Source: the human T2T-CHM13v2.0 reference genome, Homo sapiens
Length of the DNA stretch: 64,000 nt
Reading direction: 5' to 3' (one strand)
Assembly (NCBI RefSeq): GCF_009914755.1
Contig: NC_060945.1
In this document: piece after piece, positions 30,393 to 44,900 of the stretch
Position numbering within the stretch: the stretch's first letter is position 1
Layout of the letters: each line of letters opens with the position of its first letter
The notes under the pieces: model-generated
What the model was told of the DNA's origin: nothing
The model's input: only the letters and a program-made list of their open reading frames with translations
Database searches by the model: none
Position numbers and translations under genes: made by a program

Positions 30393-30959
30393 ATTCCATT
30401 GCTTTTCATTCCGTTTGAATCCATTCCATTCAATTATTTCATTTCGATTCCATTCCATTCGAGACCATTACATTCTAGTCCATTCTTTTCGAGTCCATTC
30501 AATTCCCTTTTATTCGACTCAATTCCATTCGATTCCATTCCTTTTAATTGCATTCCTTTCGTGTCCATTCCATTGGAGACCATTCCATTCGAGTCCTTTC
30601 CATTCCACACCATTCAAGTCCATTCCATTCCTTTCCATTTGGGACCTTTGTATTTCAGTTTATTCCATTTGTGTCCATTTGATTCGATTCCATTCCATTG
30701 GATTCCATTCCATTCGACTCCCTTCCATTCGATTCCATTCCGTTATATTCCATTCCTTTTGGTTCCATTCCATTCGAATCCATTCCATTCAAGTCCATTC
30801 CATTCCAGTCCATTGCATTTGAATCCAATATATTCCATTCCAGACCATTCGATTCCATTCCATTTCATTCCATTTGAATCCTTTCCGTTCTATTCCATTC
30901 AATTCGAATACATTTCATTCCAGTCCGTTCGATTCTAGTCCATTCCTTTCAAGTCCATT

Positions 30960-31745
30960 CCTTTCAATTTTATTCTATTCCCTTCCATTCGATTCCACTC
31001 CTTGCGATTGCATTCCTTTCTAGTCCATTTCACTGGAGACCATTCCATTCAAGTCCATTGCATTCCATACCATTCGAGTCCATTCCATTCTTAACCATTC
31101 CATTCGAGTCCATTCCATTTGAATCCATTCCATTCATGTCCGTTTCATTCCAGTCCATTCCATTCGATTTCATTCCCTTCGACACCTTTCCATTTCAGTT
31201 CATTCCATTAATGTCCTTTTGATTTGATTCCATTCCATTAGATTCCATTCCTTTCGATTCCGTTCCATTGCAGTCCATTACATTCAAGTCCATTGAACTC
31301 CAGTCCATTATATTCGAGTCCATTCTATACCATTGCAGACCATTCCGTTCAACTTTATTCTATTCCATTCCATTCGATTCCACTCCTTTCGATTGTATTC
31401 CATTCTACTCCATTCCATTGGAGACCATTCCTTTCGAGTCCATTGCATTCCATACCATTCGAGTCCATTCCATTCTTAACCATTCCATTCTAGTCCATTC
31501 CATTCGAATGCATTCCATTCATGTCCATTCCATTCCATTCCATTCCATTCCATTCCATTCCATTCCATTCCCTTCAAGACCTTTCCGTTTCAGTTCATTC
31601 CATTATTGTCCATTCGATTCGATTCCATTCCATTAGATTCCATTCCTTTCGATTCCATTCCATTCCAGTCCATTACATTGAAGTCCATTCCGCTTCAGTC
31701 TATTACATTCAAATCCATTCTATACCATTGCAGACCATTCGATTT
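30960..31745 (+). repeat. ~390-bp tandem duplication
   Basis: CATACCATTCGAGTCCATTCCATTCTTAACC (TTAACC at 31091/31476) and TATACCATTGCAGACCATTC at 31326/31721. Confidence 0.85.
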
Positions 31746-34700
31746 CATTCGATTTCATTCCATTCAAATCCGTTCCATTCATTTCCATTCAATTCGATTC
31801 CATTCTGTTCAAGACCGTTCCATTCTATTCCATTACTTTCAATTCCATTCCATTCCATTCCATTTTATTCGATTCCATTCCATTCGATTGCATTCTTTTC
31901 GATTGCATTAAATTCGAGTCTATTCTTTGGAGACCTTTCCATTCGAGTCCATTGCATTCCAGACCATTCAGGTCCATTCCATTAGAATCCATTCCATTCG
32001 AATTCATTCCATTTGAATCCATTCCGTTTCTGTCCATTCCATTCCAGTCCACTCCATTCGATTCCTTTGCATTCCATTCCGTTTCATTCCATTCCATTCC
32101 ATTCCGTTCCATTCCATTCCATTCCATTCCATTCGAGACCGTTCCATGCCTGTCCATTCCATTCGAGTCCATTCCACTCCAGTCTATTCCATTCAATTCC
32201 ATTCTATTCGATTCCATTACAATCAATTCCATTTTCTTTTATTGCTTTCCATTCGAGACCTTTCCTGTATAGTCCTTTCCATTCGAGTCCATTCCATTCC
32301 ATTCCATTCCATTCCATTCCTTTCCATTCCATTCCATACTATTCCTTTCGATTGCATTCCTTTTGAATGCATTCCATTCGAGTCCATTCCATTCCAGTCC
32401 ATTCCATTCGAGTCCATTCCATTGGAGTCCATTAACTTCCAATCCTTTCAATTCCATTCCACTCCATTCGAGTCCATTCCATTTGATTCCTTTCCATTCG
32501 TGACCATTCCATTCCAGTCCATTCCTTTCGAGTCCACTGCATTCCATTCCATTCCATTCTATTCCATTCCATTCCATTCCATTTCATTCCATTACATTAC
32601 ATTCCATTGGAGTTCATTCCAATGGTGTCCACGACATTTGAGTCCGTTCCATTCCATTCTGTTCCATTGCCTTCCATTCCATTCTATTTGATTCCATTTG
32701 AATCCATTCCATTCGAGTATATTCCATTGGAATACATTCCATTCGAATCCATTACATTCCAGTCCATTACATTCAAGTCCATTCCATACCTTTCCATTCA
32801 ATTGTATTCCCTTCGTATCCATTGCATTCGAATCCATTCCATTCGAGTCTAATCTATTCCAGCCCATTACATTCGAGTCCAATCCATTCCATTCCAATTT
32901 ATTCCTTTCCATTTCAGTCCATTCCATTCGAATCACTTCCATTCCACTCCATTCCATACCATTCCATTCCATTCCTTTCCATTCTATTAGATTCTATTCC
33001 ATTTGATTCCATTCCATTCAATTCCATTCCATGCCATTCCATTCGATTCCATTCCATTCCATTTCATTCCTATCCATTCCATTCGAATCCATTCTTCTCC
33101 ATTCCATTCCATTCCATTCCATTCATTTCCATTCCAATCAATACTGTTCCATTACAACCTATTCAATTCATGTCCATTCTATTCGATTCCAATCCATTTG
33201 ATTCCATTCCATTTGATGCCATTCCACTCAAGTCCATTCCACTCCAGTCCATTACTTTCCAGTTCATTCAAGTTCATTCGAGTCCATTCCATTCCATTCA
33301 ATTCCATTCGATTGCATTCCAATCCTTTCGAATCCAATCCATTCCGTTCCATTCCATATGATTCCACTCAATTCCAGTCCATTCCATTCGAATCCTTTCC
33401 AGTACACTGCATTAAATTTCTTTCCATTCAATTAAATTCCATTTTGTTCAGTCCATTACATTCCATTCCGTTGCATTCCACCCCATTCGATTCCATTCTA
33501 TTCCATTCGAGTCCAATCCATTCAATTCCATTCCATTTCATGTCCTTCCATTCCATTCCATTGCATGCTGTTCCATTCCATTCCATTCTTTTTCATTCGA
33601 TTCCATTTCATTCGAATCCATTGCACTCCATTCCGTTCCATTTGTTTCCAATCCATTCCATTCCAATCCCATTCCATTCCATTCCATTCCATTCCATTCC
33701 ATTCCATTTCTTTCAATTCCATTCCATTTGATTGCATTCGATTCGAATTCATTCCATTGGTGTCCATTCCATTCTATTCCATGCCATTTCATTCCATTCC
33801 ATTCCATGCCATTCCATTCCATTAGATTCCATTGCATTCCATTCCATTCTATTCTTTTTGAGACCTTTCCTTTCCAGTCCATTCCAAATGAGTCCATTGC
33901 AATCCAGTCCATTCCATTCGATTCCAATCCTTTTGATTCCATTCAGTTTGATTGCATTAGATTGTAGTCCATTCCAATGCAGTCCATTACATTAGAGCCC
34001 ATTCCATTCCATTCTATTCCATTCCATTCCCTTCCATTCCTTTCCATTCCAGTCCGTTCCTTTCCACTCAAATCGTTTCTAGTCCGTTTTAGTCCATTTC
34101 ATTTAATTACATTCCATTAAATTGCATTCAAGTTCATTCTGTTGCATTCTTTTCCACCCCTTTCCATTCCAGTTGAGTCAATTCCATTCCCGTCCATTTA
34201 ATTCGAGTCCATTCCATTCCAGTCCGTTACATTTGATTCCATTCCAATACATTCCATTCCATTCCATTCCTGTCCATTCCATTCGAATCAATTCCGTTGC
34301 ATTCCATTCCATTACATTCATTTCCATTTGTTTTCATTCCATTCCATTCCATTCCTTTCCATTCCATTAAATTTTATTCCATTTTGTTACATTCCATTCA
34401 ATGCCATTTCGTTCGATTCGATTCCATTCAATTCCATTCCATTGCATTCCATTCCATTAGATTCCATTCCATTCCATTCCATTAGTTTCCATTGCATTCC
34501 ATTCCATTCCATTCCATGCTATTCCATTCCGTTAGATTCCATTCCATTCCATTCCATTCGAGTCCATTCCATTCCATGCCATTCCATTCCATTAGTGCCA
34601 ATTCCATTCCATTCCATTCTATTCAATTAAATTCCATTCTATTCCTTTCCATTCCATTTGTTTCCAGTCCATTCCATTGCATTCCATTTCATTCCATTCC

Positions 34701-37700
34701 ATTCATTCCCTTTCGATTCCATTCCATAGTTTCCATTGTATTCTACTCCATTTGTTTACATTCCAGTTGATTCGATTCCATTTCATTCCATTCCATTATT
34801 TTCCATTTGAGACCATTCCATTCGAGTCCATTCTTTTCGAGTCCATTACATTCCCGTCCATTTAATTTGATTCCTTTCCATTTGATTGCATTCCTTTGGA
34901 GTCCATTCCAATGGAGTCCATTACATTCGAGTTCATTCCATTCGAGTCAATTTCATTCCATTTTATTCCATTTCATTCCATTCCATTGCATTTTATTTCA
35001 TTCACTCCCATTCTTTTCCGTTTGTGTCCATTCCATTCCATTCCATTCCATTCAAATCCATTGCATTTCATTCCTTTCCCTTATAGCCCTGTCCATTCCA
35101 TTCCATTGCATTCGAGTCCATTCCATACACTTTCACTCAATTCCAGTCCTTTCCTTTCGAAACCTTTCCAGTCCATTGCATTCCATTGCATTCCATTCCA
35201 TTCCATTTTGTTCGATTCCATTCCTTTCCAGTCCTTTCCATTCGAATCAATTCCATTCCATTAGGTTATATTCCATTCGATTCCATTCCATTAGATTCCA
35301 TTCCAAGCCATTACTTTCCATTTGGTTCCATTCCATTCCATTCCATTCCTTTCCATTCCATTTGATTCCATTCCATTCCATTTCTTTCCACTACAATCCA
35401 TTCCATTCTATTCCATTCCTTTTGAGACTATTCCATTCCAATGCATTCCATTCAAGTCCATTCCATTCGATTCCATTCTATTTGATTACATTCCTTTCGA
35501 TTATATTGCATTCCATACCATTCTATTCGAGACCGTTCCATTCCGTTCATTCCATTCATGTCTTTTCGATTCTATTCCATTGCATTTGATTCTATTCCAT
35601 TCCATTCCATTCCATTCAATTCCATTCCATTGCATTCCATTTCAGTCCATTCCATTTGAGTCCATTCCATTCGAGTCCATTGCATTCCAGACCATTCGCT
35701 TCCATTCCATTGAAATCCATTCCATTCGAGTCCATTCCATTTGAGTCCATTCCACTCCACTCCATTCCGTTCTAGTCCGTTCCACTCGATTCCATTCCAT
35801 TCGATTCTATTCCTTTCCATTCCATTCGACTCCACTTGATTCCACTCCATACCCTTCCATTTTATTTGATTCCATTCCATTTGATTCCGGTCCATTCGTC
35901 TTCATTCCATTGGAGTCCATTCCATTCGAGTCTTTTCAATTCCAGACCATTGCTTTCAATTCCCTTACATTCGTTTCCTTTCATTTCATTGCATTCCGTT
36001 AGATTCCATTCCATTCTATTCCATTCCATCCATTCCATTCGAGACTGTTCCATTCCAGTCCATTCCATTCGAGTCCATTCCATTCCATTGCAGTGCTTTC
36101 AAATCCATTCCATTCCATCACATTCCTTTCCTTTGCATTCCATTCGATTCTTTCCTATTAGATTCCATTCCGTTTGATTCCATTCTATGCCATGCCATTC
36201 CATGCCATTCTATTACGTTCTATTTGATTCCCTTTGAGTCCATTTCATTCAAGTCTATTCCATTCCATTCCATTCCATTCTATTACATTATATTCCATTT
36301 CATTCAGTTCAATTCGATTCCATTCCATTTCTTTACGTTACATTATATACCAATATATGCTATTCCATTCGTTTCCTTTTCATTTACTTTGATTCGATTC
36401 CATTGCAATCCATTTCACTCCATTCAATTCCATTCCATTTGAGTCCATTCCATTCGAATCTATTACATTCCAGTTCATTCCAATCCACTACATTGCATTC
36501 AATTCCATTGCATTCAATTCCATTCCATTGGATTTCATTCCATACTATTACATTCCATTCGATTCCATTGCACTCGAGTCCCTTCCATTCCAGTCCATTA
36601 TATTCGAGTCCATTCCATTCAATTTTATTCCATTCGAGTCTTTCCGTTCCATTCCATTCCTTTCCATTCCGTTCCATTCGAGACAGTTACTTTCGGATCC
36701 ATTGAATTCAAGTCCATTCCATTCGATTGCATTCTATTAGACTCCATTCCTTTTGATTTTGATCCATTCAAGTCCGTTCCATTCCATTCCATTCAATTCC
36801 ATTCCATTCGCGACTGTTCCCTTCTTGTCCATTCTTTTCGAGTCCATTCCATTCCAGTTTTTTCGATTCCATTCCATTCGATTCCATTCCTTTCGATTGC
36901 GTTGAATTTGAGTCCATTCCATTGGAGAAAATTCTATTCGAGCCCATTGCATTAGAGATCATTCGAGTCCATTCCTTTTGAATCCATTCCATTCGAGTCT
37001 ATTCCATTCGAATCCATTCCATTCCAGTACGTTCCATTCCAGTCCATTTCATTCGATTCCATTCCTTTCCATTGTATTCCATTCCATTCAATTCCATTCC
37101 ATGCCATTCCATTCCATTCGAGGCTGTTCCATTCCAGTCCACTCCATTCGATTCCAGTCCATTCCATTCCATTCCATTCCATTTGATTCCATTCTATTGA
37201 ATTCAATTCCGTTCGAAACCATTCTATTCCAGTTCATTCCTTTTGTGTCTAATCAGTTCTACTGCATTCCATTAGATTCCATTCCATTCGAGTCCATTCC
37301 TTTCGATTGAATTCCATTTGCGTCCCTTCCGTTGGAGACCATTCGATTCGAGTCCATTCCATTACATACCATTCACGTCCATTCTGATCGAATTCATTCC
37401 ATTCGAGTCCGTTGCATTTGTGCACATTCCATTCCAGTCCATTCCGTTCCGGTCCATTCCATTCTATTCCATTCCCTTCCATTCCATTCTACTCTATTCC
37501 ATTCGACTCCATTCAGTTCCATTCCATTCTATTCCATTCCATTTCATTCCATTCCATTCGACTCCATTATATTCCAGTCCATTCCACTCCCTTCCAATCC
37601 ATTCCATTGTATTTCATTCCATTCTATTACATTCCATTCGATTCCATTGCACTCGAGTGCATTTCATTCGATTCCATTCCATTCGAGTCCATTCCTTTCC

Positions 37701-39449
37701 ATTCAATTCCGTTCCATTTTGTTCGATTCTGTTACATGCTATTCCATTCCATTCAAGTCCATTCCATTCCATTCAAATCCATTCCATTCCATTCCATTCC
37801 ATTCCATTCCATTCCATTCCATTCCATTCTTTTCCATTCGACTCCATTCAATTAGACTCCATTGCAAGCAATTCCATTGCAAGCAATTCCATTCCATTCC
37901 ATTCCATTCCATTCCATTCCTATTCTTTCCATTCCACTCCATTCAAATCCATTCCATTCCATTCAATTCCACTCCATTCTATTCCATTCGAGTCCATTCC
38001 ATTCCTTTCCATTCTATTCTCTTCTTTTCCATTCATTTGAGTTTATTCGCTTCAAGTCCATTCCATTCCATTCTATTCCATTGTATTCCCTTCTATTGCA
38101 TTCCATTTGATTCAATTTGATTCGATTCCATTCCATTCGTATCCACTCCATACAATTCCCTTCCATTCGAGCCCGTTGCATTCAACTCCATTATTTTCTA
38201 GTCCATTCCAATCCATTTCAATCCATTCCATTCCAATAAATACCATTGCATTTCATTCTGTTCCATTACATTCCATTCAATTCCTTTGCAGTCGAGTGTA
38301 TTCCATTCGAGTCCATTCCATTCAAGTCAATTACATTCAAGTACATTGAATTCAAGTTCTTTCCATTCCATTCCATTCCATTTGATTCCATTGATTGCAT
38401 TCCTTTGGAATCTATTCCAATGGAGTCCATTAAATTTTAGTCCATTCCTTTCCATTCTATTACATTCCAGTCCATTACATTCAAGTCCATTCTATTGCAT
38501 TCCATTCCACTCCTTTCCATTCCATTCGAGTCCATTCTTTTTGAGTCCATTCCATTCCATTCCAGTACTTTACAATCAAGTGAATTCCATTCCATTCCAT
38601 TCCATTCTATTTCATTCCATTCCATTCCATTCATTTCCATTCCATTCCATTCCATTGGTTTCTATTCCATTTGCTTCCAATCCATTCATTTCCTTTCCTT
38701 TCAATTCCATTCCATTCCATTCCACTCCTTTCCATTCCACTCGATTCCATTCCATTATATTCCTTTCCATGCAATTCCATTCCCTTTGAGACCGTTCCAT
38801 TACAATCCATTCAATTTGAGTCCATTCTATTTGATTACATTCCATTTTATTCCATTCTATTCGAATATATTGCATTCGAGTCCATTCCTTTTCTGTCCAT
38901 TACTTTCCAGTCTATTCCGTTCCATTCCAGTCCATTCTTTTCCATTCGACTCCATTTGATTGCATTCCATTCCATTCCATTCTATTCTATTCCATTCGAG
39001 ACCATTCCATTTCAATTTATTCAATTTATACCATTCTATTAGACTCCATTCCATTCCATTCCATGCAGTTCCATTCTGTTTGATTCCTTGCCATGCCATT
39101 CCATTCCATTCCATTCCATTCCTTTATATTCCATTCCATTGCCGTCCATTCTAGTACATTCCATTCAATTCCATTCCATGAGATGCCATTCCATTCCACT
39201 TGTGTCCATTCCATTCCATTCCATTTCATTCCATTTCATTTCTTTCCATTCAACTCGAATCCATTGCATTCCATTCAATTCCATTCCATTCGTTTCCATT
39301 CCATTGCATTCCATTTTATGCCATTTCATTCTGTTCCTTTTCATTCCATTCCACATTAGACCTTTCCATTCCAGTTCTTTTCCTTCGTGTTCATTTGATT
39401 CGATTCCATTCCATTTGATTCCATTCCATCCGATTCTATTGCATTCAAA

Positions 39450-41950
39450 TCCATTCCATTCGAGTCCATTACATTCGAGTCCATTACATTCAAGTCGATT
39501 CTATTCAATTCCAGATCATCCGATTCCATTCCATTTCACTCCTTTAGAATCCATTCCATTCAATTCCATTCACTTTGATTCCATTCCATTGGAGACCGTT
39601 CCATTCTAGTAAATTCCCTTCAAGTCCATTCAATTCCACTTTATTTGATTCAATTCCATTCGATCCCATTCCTTTCGATTGCATTCCATTCGAGTCCATT
39701 CCATTGCAGACCATTCCATTTGCGTCCATTCCATTCCACACTGCTCGAGTCCATTCCATTCCATCTCATTCCTTTGTCTTCCATTCCATTCTCTTACATT
39801 CCTTTCCTTTCCTTTCCATTGCATTCTTTCTATTGCATTTTTTTAGAGTGTATTCAATTCGAGTCCATTCCATTCCACTCCATTCGATTTCATTCCATTC
39901 GATTCCATTCCATTCAATTGCATTCCTATTGATTCCATTCTGTTGGAGACCATTCGAGTCCATTCTATTCAAATCCATTCCATTCCATTCCATTCCATTC
40001 CATTCCATTCCATTCTATTCCATTGCATTCCATTTCTTTCCATTCCTTTCTGTACTGTTCCATTCCAGTCCAATCCGTTCGAGTCCATTCCATTCCAGTC
40101 CCTTCCATTCGATTGCATTCCATTTGATTGCATTCCATTCCAGTCCATTCCAATGGAGTCCATTCCATTCGAGACCATTTCATTCGATTCCATTCCATTC
40201 CAGTCCATTCTAATATGGTCCATTCCATTCGAGTCCATTTCATTCGAGTCCATTCCATTCCAGTCCATTACATTCGATTCCATTCCATTCCTTTCTATTC
40301 CATTCCATTCTTTACATTCCATTCCATTACATTACATTTGTTTCCATTCCATTCCATTCTATTCCCTGCCATTCTTTCCATTCCATTCCATTCGAGTCCA
40401 TTCCATTCAAGACCTTTACATTCCAGTCCGTTCCATTTGCATCCCTTCGATTGTAATGCATTCCATTCGATTCCATTCCATTCAAGACCATTCCATTCCA
40501 GTCCATTCCATTTGTGTCCCTTCCATTCCATTGCTTTTGATTCAATTCCATTACATTTGATTCTGTTCCATTCAATTCCATTCCATTCAATTGGAATCCA
40601 TTTGCTTCCAATCCAAAGGAGTCCATTTCATTCGAGTACATGATTACATTCCATTTGATTCCATTCCATTCGATATGTTTCCTTTCAATTGCATTCCATT
40701 TGACTCCATTCCAATGGAATCCATTCCATTCGAGTCCGTTCCATTCAAGTCCATTACATTCAAGTCGATTCTACTCAATTCCAGGTCATTTGATTCCATT
40801 CCATTTTACTCCTTTCAAATCCATTCCATTCAATTCCATTCACTTTGATTCCATTCCATTCGAGACTGTTCCATTATAATCCATTCCTTTCAAATCCATT
40901 CCTTTCAATTCCATTCAATTCCACTTTATTTGATTCAATTCCATTTGATACCATTCCTTTAGGTTGCATTCCATTCGAGTCCATTCCATTGCAGACCATT
41001 CCATTTGCATCCATTCCATTCCACACCTCTCGAGTCCATTCCATTCCAACTCATTCTATTGCATTGCAGAACATTCTGTTCCATTCCTTTCCATTCCACT
41101 CCATTATTTCTATTGCATTCCTTTAGAGTGCATTCAATTAGAGTACATTCCATTCCACTCCATTCGATTTCATTCCATTGAATTCCTTTCCATTCAATTG
41201 CATTCCATATGAGTCCATTCCATTGGAGACCATTCCTTTCGAGTACATTGCATTGCAGAACATTCGAGTCCATTCCATTCATATCCATTCCATTTGAGTC
41301 CATTCCATTCGAGTCCATTCCACTCGATTCCATTCCATTCCATTCCATACTATTCCATAGCATTCCATTTCATTCCATTCCTTTCTATACCATTCCATTC
41401 CATTCCAATCCATTCGAGTCCATTCCATTCCAGTCCCTTCCATTCGATGACATTCCATTCGATTGCATTCCATTGGAGTCCATTCCAATGGAGTCCATTC
41501 CATTCGAGTCCATTTCATTCGAGTCTATTCCATTCCAGTCCATTACATTCGATTCCATTCCATTCCATTGTATTTCATGCCATTCTTTCCATTCCATTCC
41601 ATTCGAGTCCATTCCATTCAAGACCGTTCCATTCCAGTCCATTCCATTTGATTCCCTGCGATTGTAATGCATTCATTTCGATTCCATTCCTTTCAAGACC
41701 ATTCCATTCCATTCCTTTCCAATTGAGTCCCTTCCATTCCAATGCATTTGATTCGATTCCATTCCATTTGATCCAATTCCATTCAATTCCATTCCATTCA
41801 ATTGGAATCCATTCGAGTGCAATCCAAAGGAGTTCAATTCATTCGAATGCATGATTCCATTCCATTTGATTCCATTGCATTCGATTCCTTTCCTTTCAAT
41901 TGCTTTCCATTCGACTCCATTCCAACGGAATCCATTCCATTCGAGTCCAT
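39450..41950 (+). repeat. ~1.2-1.3 kb tandem duplication
   Basis: CCATTACATTCAAGTCGATTCTA 39481/40751; CAATTCCACTTTATTTGATTCAATTCC 39631/40916; GATTGTAATGCATT 40449/41660; AATCCAAAGGAG 40610/41821. Confidence 0.85.
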
Positions 41951-44900
41951 TACATTCAGGCACATTCCATTCCAGTCCATTACATTTGATTCCATTCCAT
42001 TCCATAGTATTCCATTGCATTCCATTCAAGTCCATACCCTTCGAGTCCATGCCATTACAGTCCATTACATTTGAGTCTATTCCGTTTCATTCCGTTTCAT
42101 TCCGCTCCATTCCATTCGAGTCCTTTCCATTCAAGTCCATTACATTCGAGTCCATTCCCTTCCATTCCATTCCATTCCATTCCATTCCATGTGATTCCAT
42201 TCCATTCCCGTCCATTCTATTTGAATCAATTAATTTCTATTCCATTCCATTCCATTCCATTCCTTGCCATTCCATTTCTTTCCATTCGAGTCTTTTTCAT
42301 TCCATTCCATTGCATTGGAGAAAGTTCCATTCAGATTCATTCAATTAGAGTCCATTCCATTCCATTAGATGCCATTCTATTCGATTGCATTCCATTCGAG
42401 TCCATTCCATTCCATTCCATTCCATTCCATTGCATTCTATTCCATTCCATACGATTCCACTCAATTCTATTCCATTCCATTTGAATCCTTTCCAGTCCAT
42501 TGAATTCCATTCTATTCCATTCCATTTCATTCCATTCCAATCCATTCCATTCCATTCCATTCCATTCCATTCCATTCCATTCCATTCCATTTTGTTCTAT
42601 TCCATTCCTTTCCAGTCCAATATATTCGAATCATTTGCATTCCATTTCATTAGATTCTATTCCGTTCGATTTCATTCCCTGCAGTTCCATTCCAGGCCAT
42701 TGCTTTCCGTTCGATTCCATTCCATTCCATTCCATTTGATTCCATTCCATTCCATTTTATTCCACTCCAATCCATTCCATTCAATTCCATTCGCGACAAT
42801 TCCATTCCAATCCATTCAATTTAAGTACATTCCATTCTATTCCATTCCAGCTGATTCCTTTCCATTTGATTACATTCCTTTCAAGTCAACTCCATTTGAT
42901 TCCATTTCTTTCGATTCCATTCCTTTCTATTCCAATCCATTTGGGTCCACTTTAATCAAGACGATTCCATTCAAGTCCATTCCTTTCTAGTCCATTCCAT
43001 TCGTGTCCAATACATTCCATTCCATTCAATTCCCTTTCATTAGAGTGCATTCGATTTTTTTTCTTTCTGTGGATTCAAATGCATTAGAATGCATTCCATT
43101 CGATTCCGTTCCATTCTACTCCATTCCTTTCTAATCCATTCCATTCCAGTCCATTACATTCCAGTACATTCCATTGGATTCCAGTCCATTCCATTAAGTC
43201 CATTTCATTCCTTTCCAGAGCCTTCCATTCCATTCCATTGTTTTGCATTCCATTCCATTCCATTCTATTCCATTCCATTCCATTCCATTCTATTTGAGAA
43301 CGTTTCATATCAGTTCATTCCATTTGTATCCATTCAATTCTGTTCCATTCAATTCCATTCCATTCGATACCATTCCATTCTAACCCATTCCACTCGATTG
43401 CATTCCATTTGAGCAAATTCCATTGGAGACAATTCCATACGAATCCTTTCAATTCCATACCGTTCACGTCCATTCCTTTCAAATCCATTCCATTCGAGTC
43501 CATTCCATTCGAGTCCATTGAATTCCAGTCCATTCCGTTCCAGTGAATTCCATTCGATTCCATTCCATTCCATTCCAATGCATTAGACTAGATTCGTTTC
43601 CATTCCATACACTTCCATTTCATTCGATTCCATAAAATTCCAGTTCTTTCCACTAGAGTCCATTCCATTCAAGTCTTGAAATTCCAGACAATTGCATTGG
43701 ATTCCCTTCCATTCTATTGCAATCGATTGCATTACATTCCATTAGATTCTATTCCATTCGATTCGATTCCATTCTATTCCCTTCCATTCCATTCCAGTCT
43801 ATTCCATTCGTTTCCATTCCATTCGATTCTATTGCATTCCACTGCAATCGTTTTGAATCCATTCCATTCCATTCCTTTCCATTCCATTTGATTCTTTAAC
43901 ATTCGATTCCATTCCGTTTGATTCCATTGCATGCCATTCCATTCCATTTCATTTGAGTCGATACCATTCAGTTCCTTTGTATTCCGTTCTATTCCATTCC
44001 CTTTGAGTCCATTCCATTCGAGTCCATTCCATTCCATTGCATTTCATTCCATTCCATTTTTTTCGATTCCATTCCATTCTGGTCCATTACGTTCGAATCC
44101 ATTCCATTGCATTCCGTTACATTGTATTCCATTCACTTCCATTCCATTCCATTCCATTCCATTCCATGCCATTCCATTCCAATCGATTCCATTCCATTCC
44201 ATTCCATTCCATTCCATTCCATTCCATTCCATTCCTTTCCATTCCATTCGATTCTATTCTATTCTTTTCCGTTCCACTCCATTCCATTCCATTCAATTCC
44301 ATTCCATTTGATACCATTCCTTTCCGATCCATTCAATCCTAGTTCTTTCCGTTCGATTTTATTCCATATGATTCCATTCCATTCGATTACCTTCCTTTCG
44401 AGTCAATTCCTTTTTATTCCATTCCGTTTGATTTCATTCTGGTCGAGTCCATTCCATTCAGTCAATTACATTCGAGTCCATTCTATTCCATTCAATTACT
44501 TTCCATTCCATTCGAATCCATTCCTTTCAATTCCAATCCATTCGGCTCCACTTCATTCGAGAGGGTTCCATTCCAGTCTATTCCTTTCGAGTCCATTCCA
44601 TTCCAGTCCAGTCCTTCCCATTCCATTCGATTCCCATCCATTTGATTCCATTCCATTCCTTTCCATTACTTGTGATTTCATTCCTTTGGATTCCATTCCT
44701 TTCGATTCCTTTCCATTCAACTCCATTCCATTCGAGCCCATTTCATTCTGTCCTTTACATTCTAGTACATTCCATTCCATTCCAGTCAATTCAGTTGTGT
44801 CAATTTCATTCCATTCCACTCCAATCATTTCCGTTCCTTTCAATTCCATTTGATATCATTCCATTCGATTCCATTCCATTCAAGACCGTTCCATTCCAGT

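Noticed and set aside
37861-37890. Micro-duplications (ATTGCAAGCAATTCC x2; also 20 bp at 18131-18170, 30 bp at ~14065-14123, 65 bp at ~59141-59252)
   Set aside because: Real, but ordinary in-register slippage products that are not individually informative.
44091-44100. tRNA gene suggested by GTTCGAATCC (T-loop motif)
   Set aside because: No A box, acceptor stem or cloverleaf pairing is possible in the G-poor flanks.
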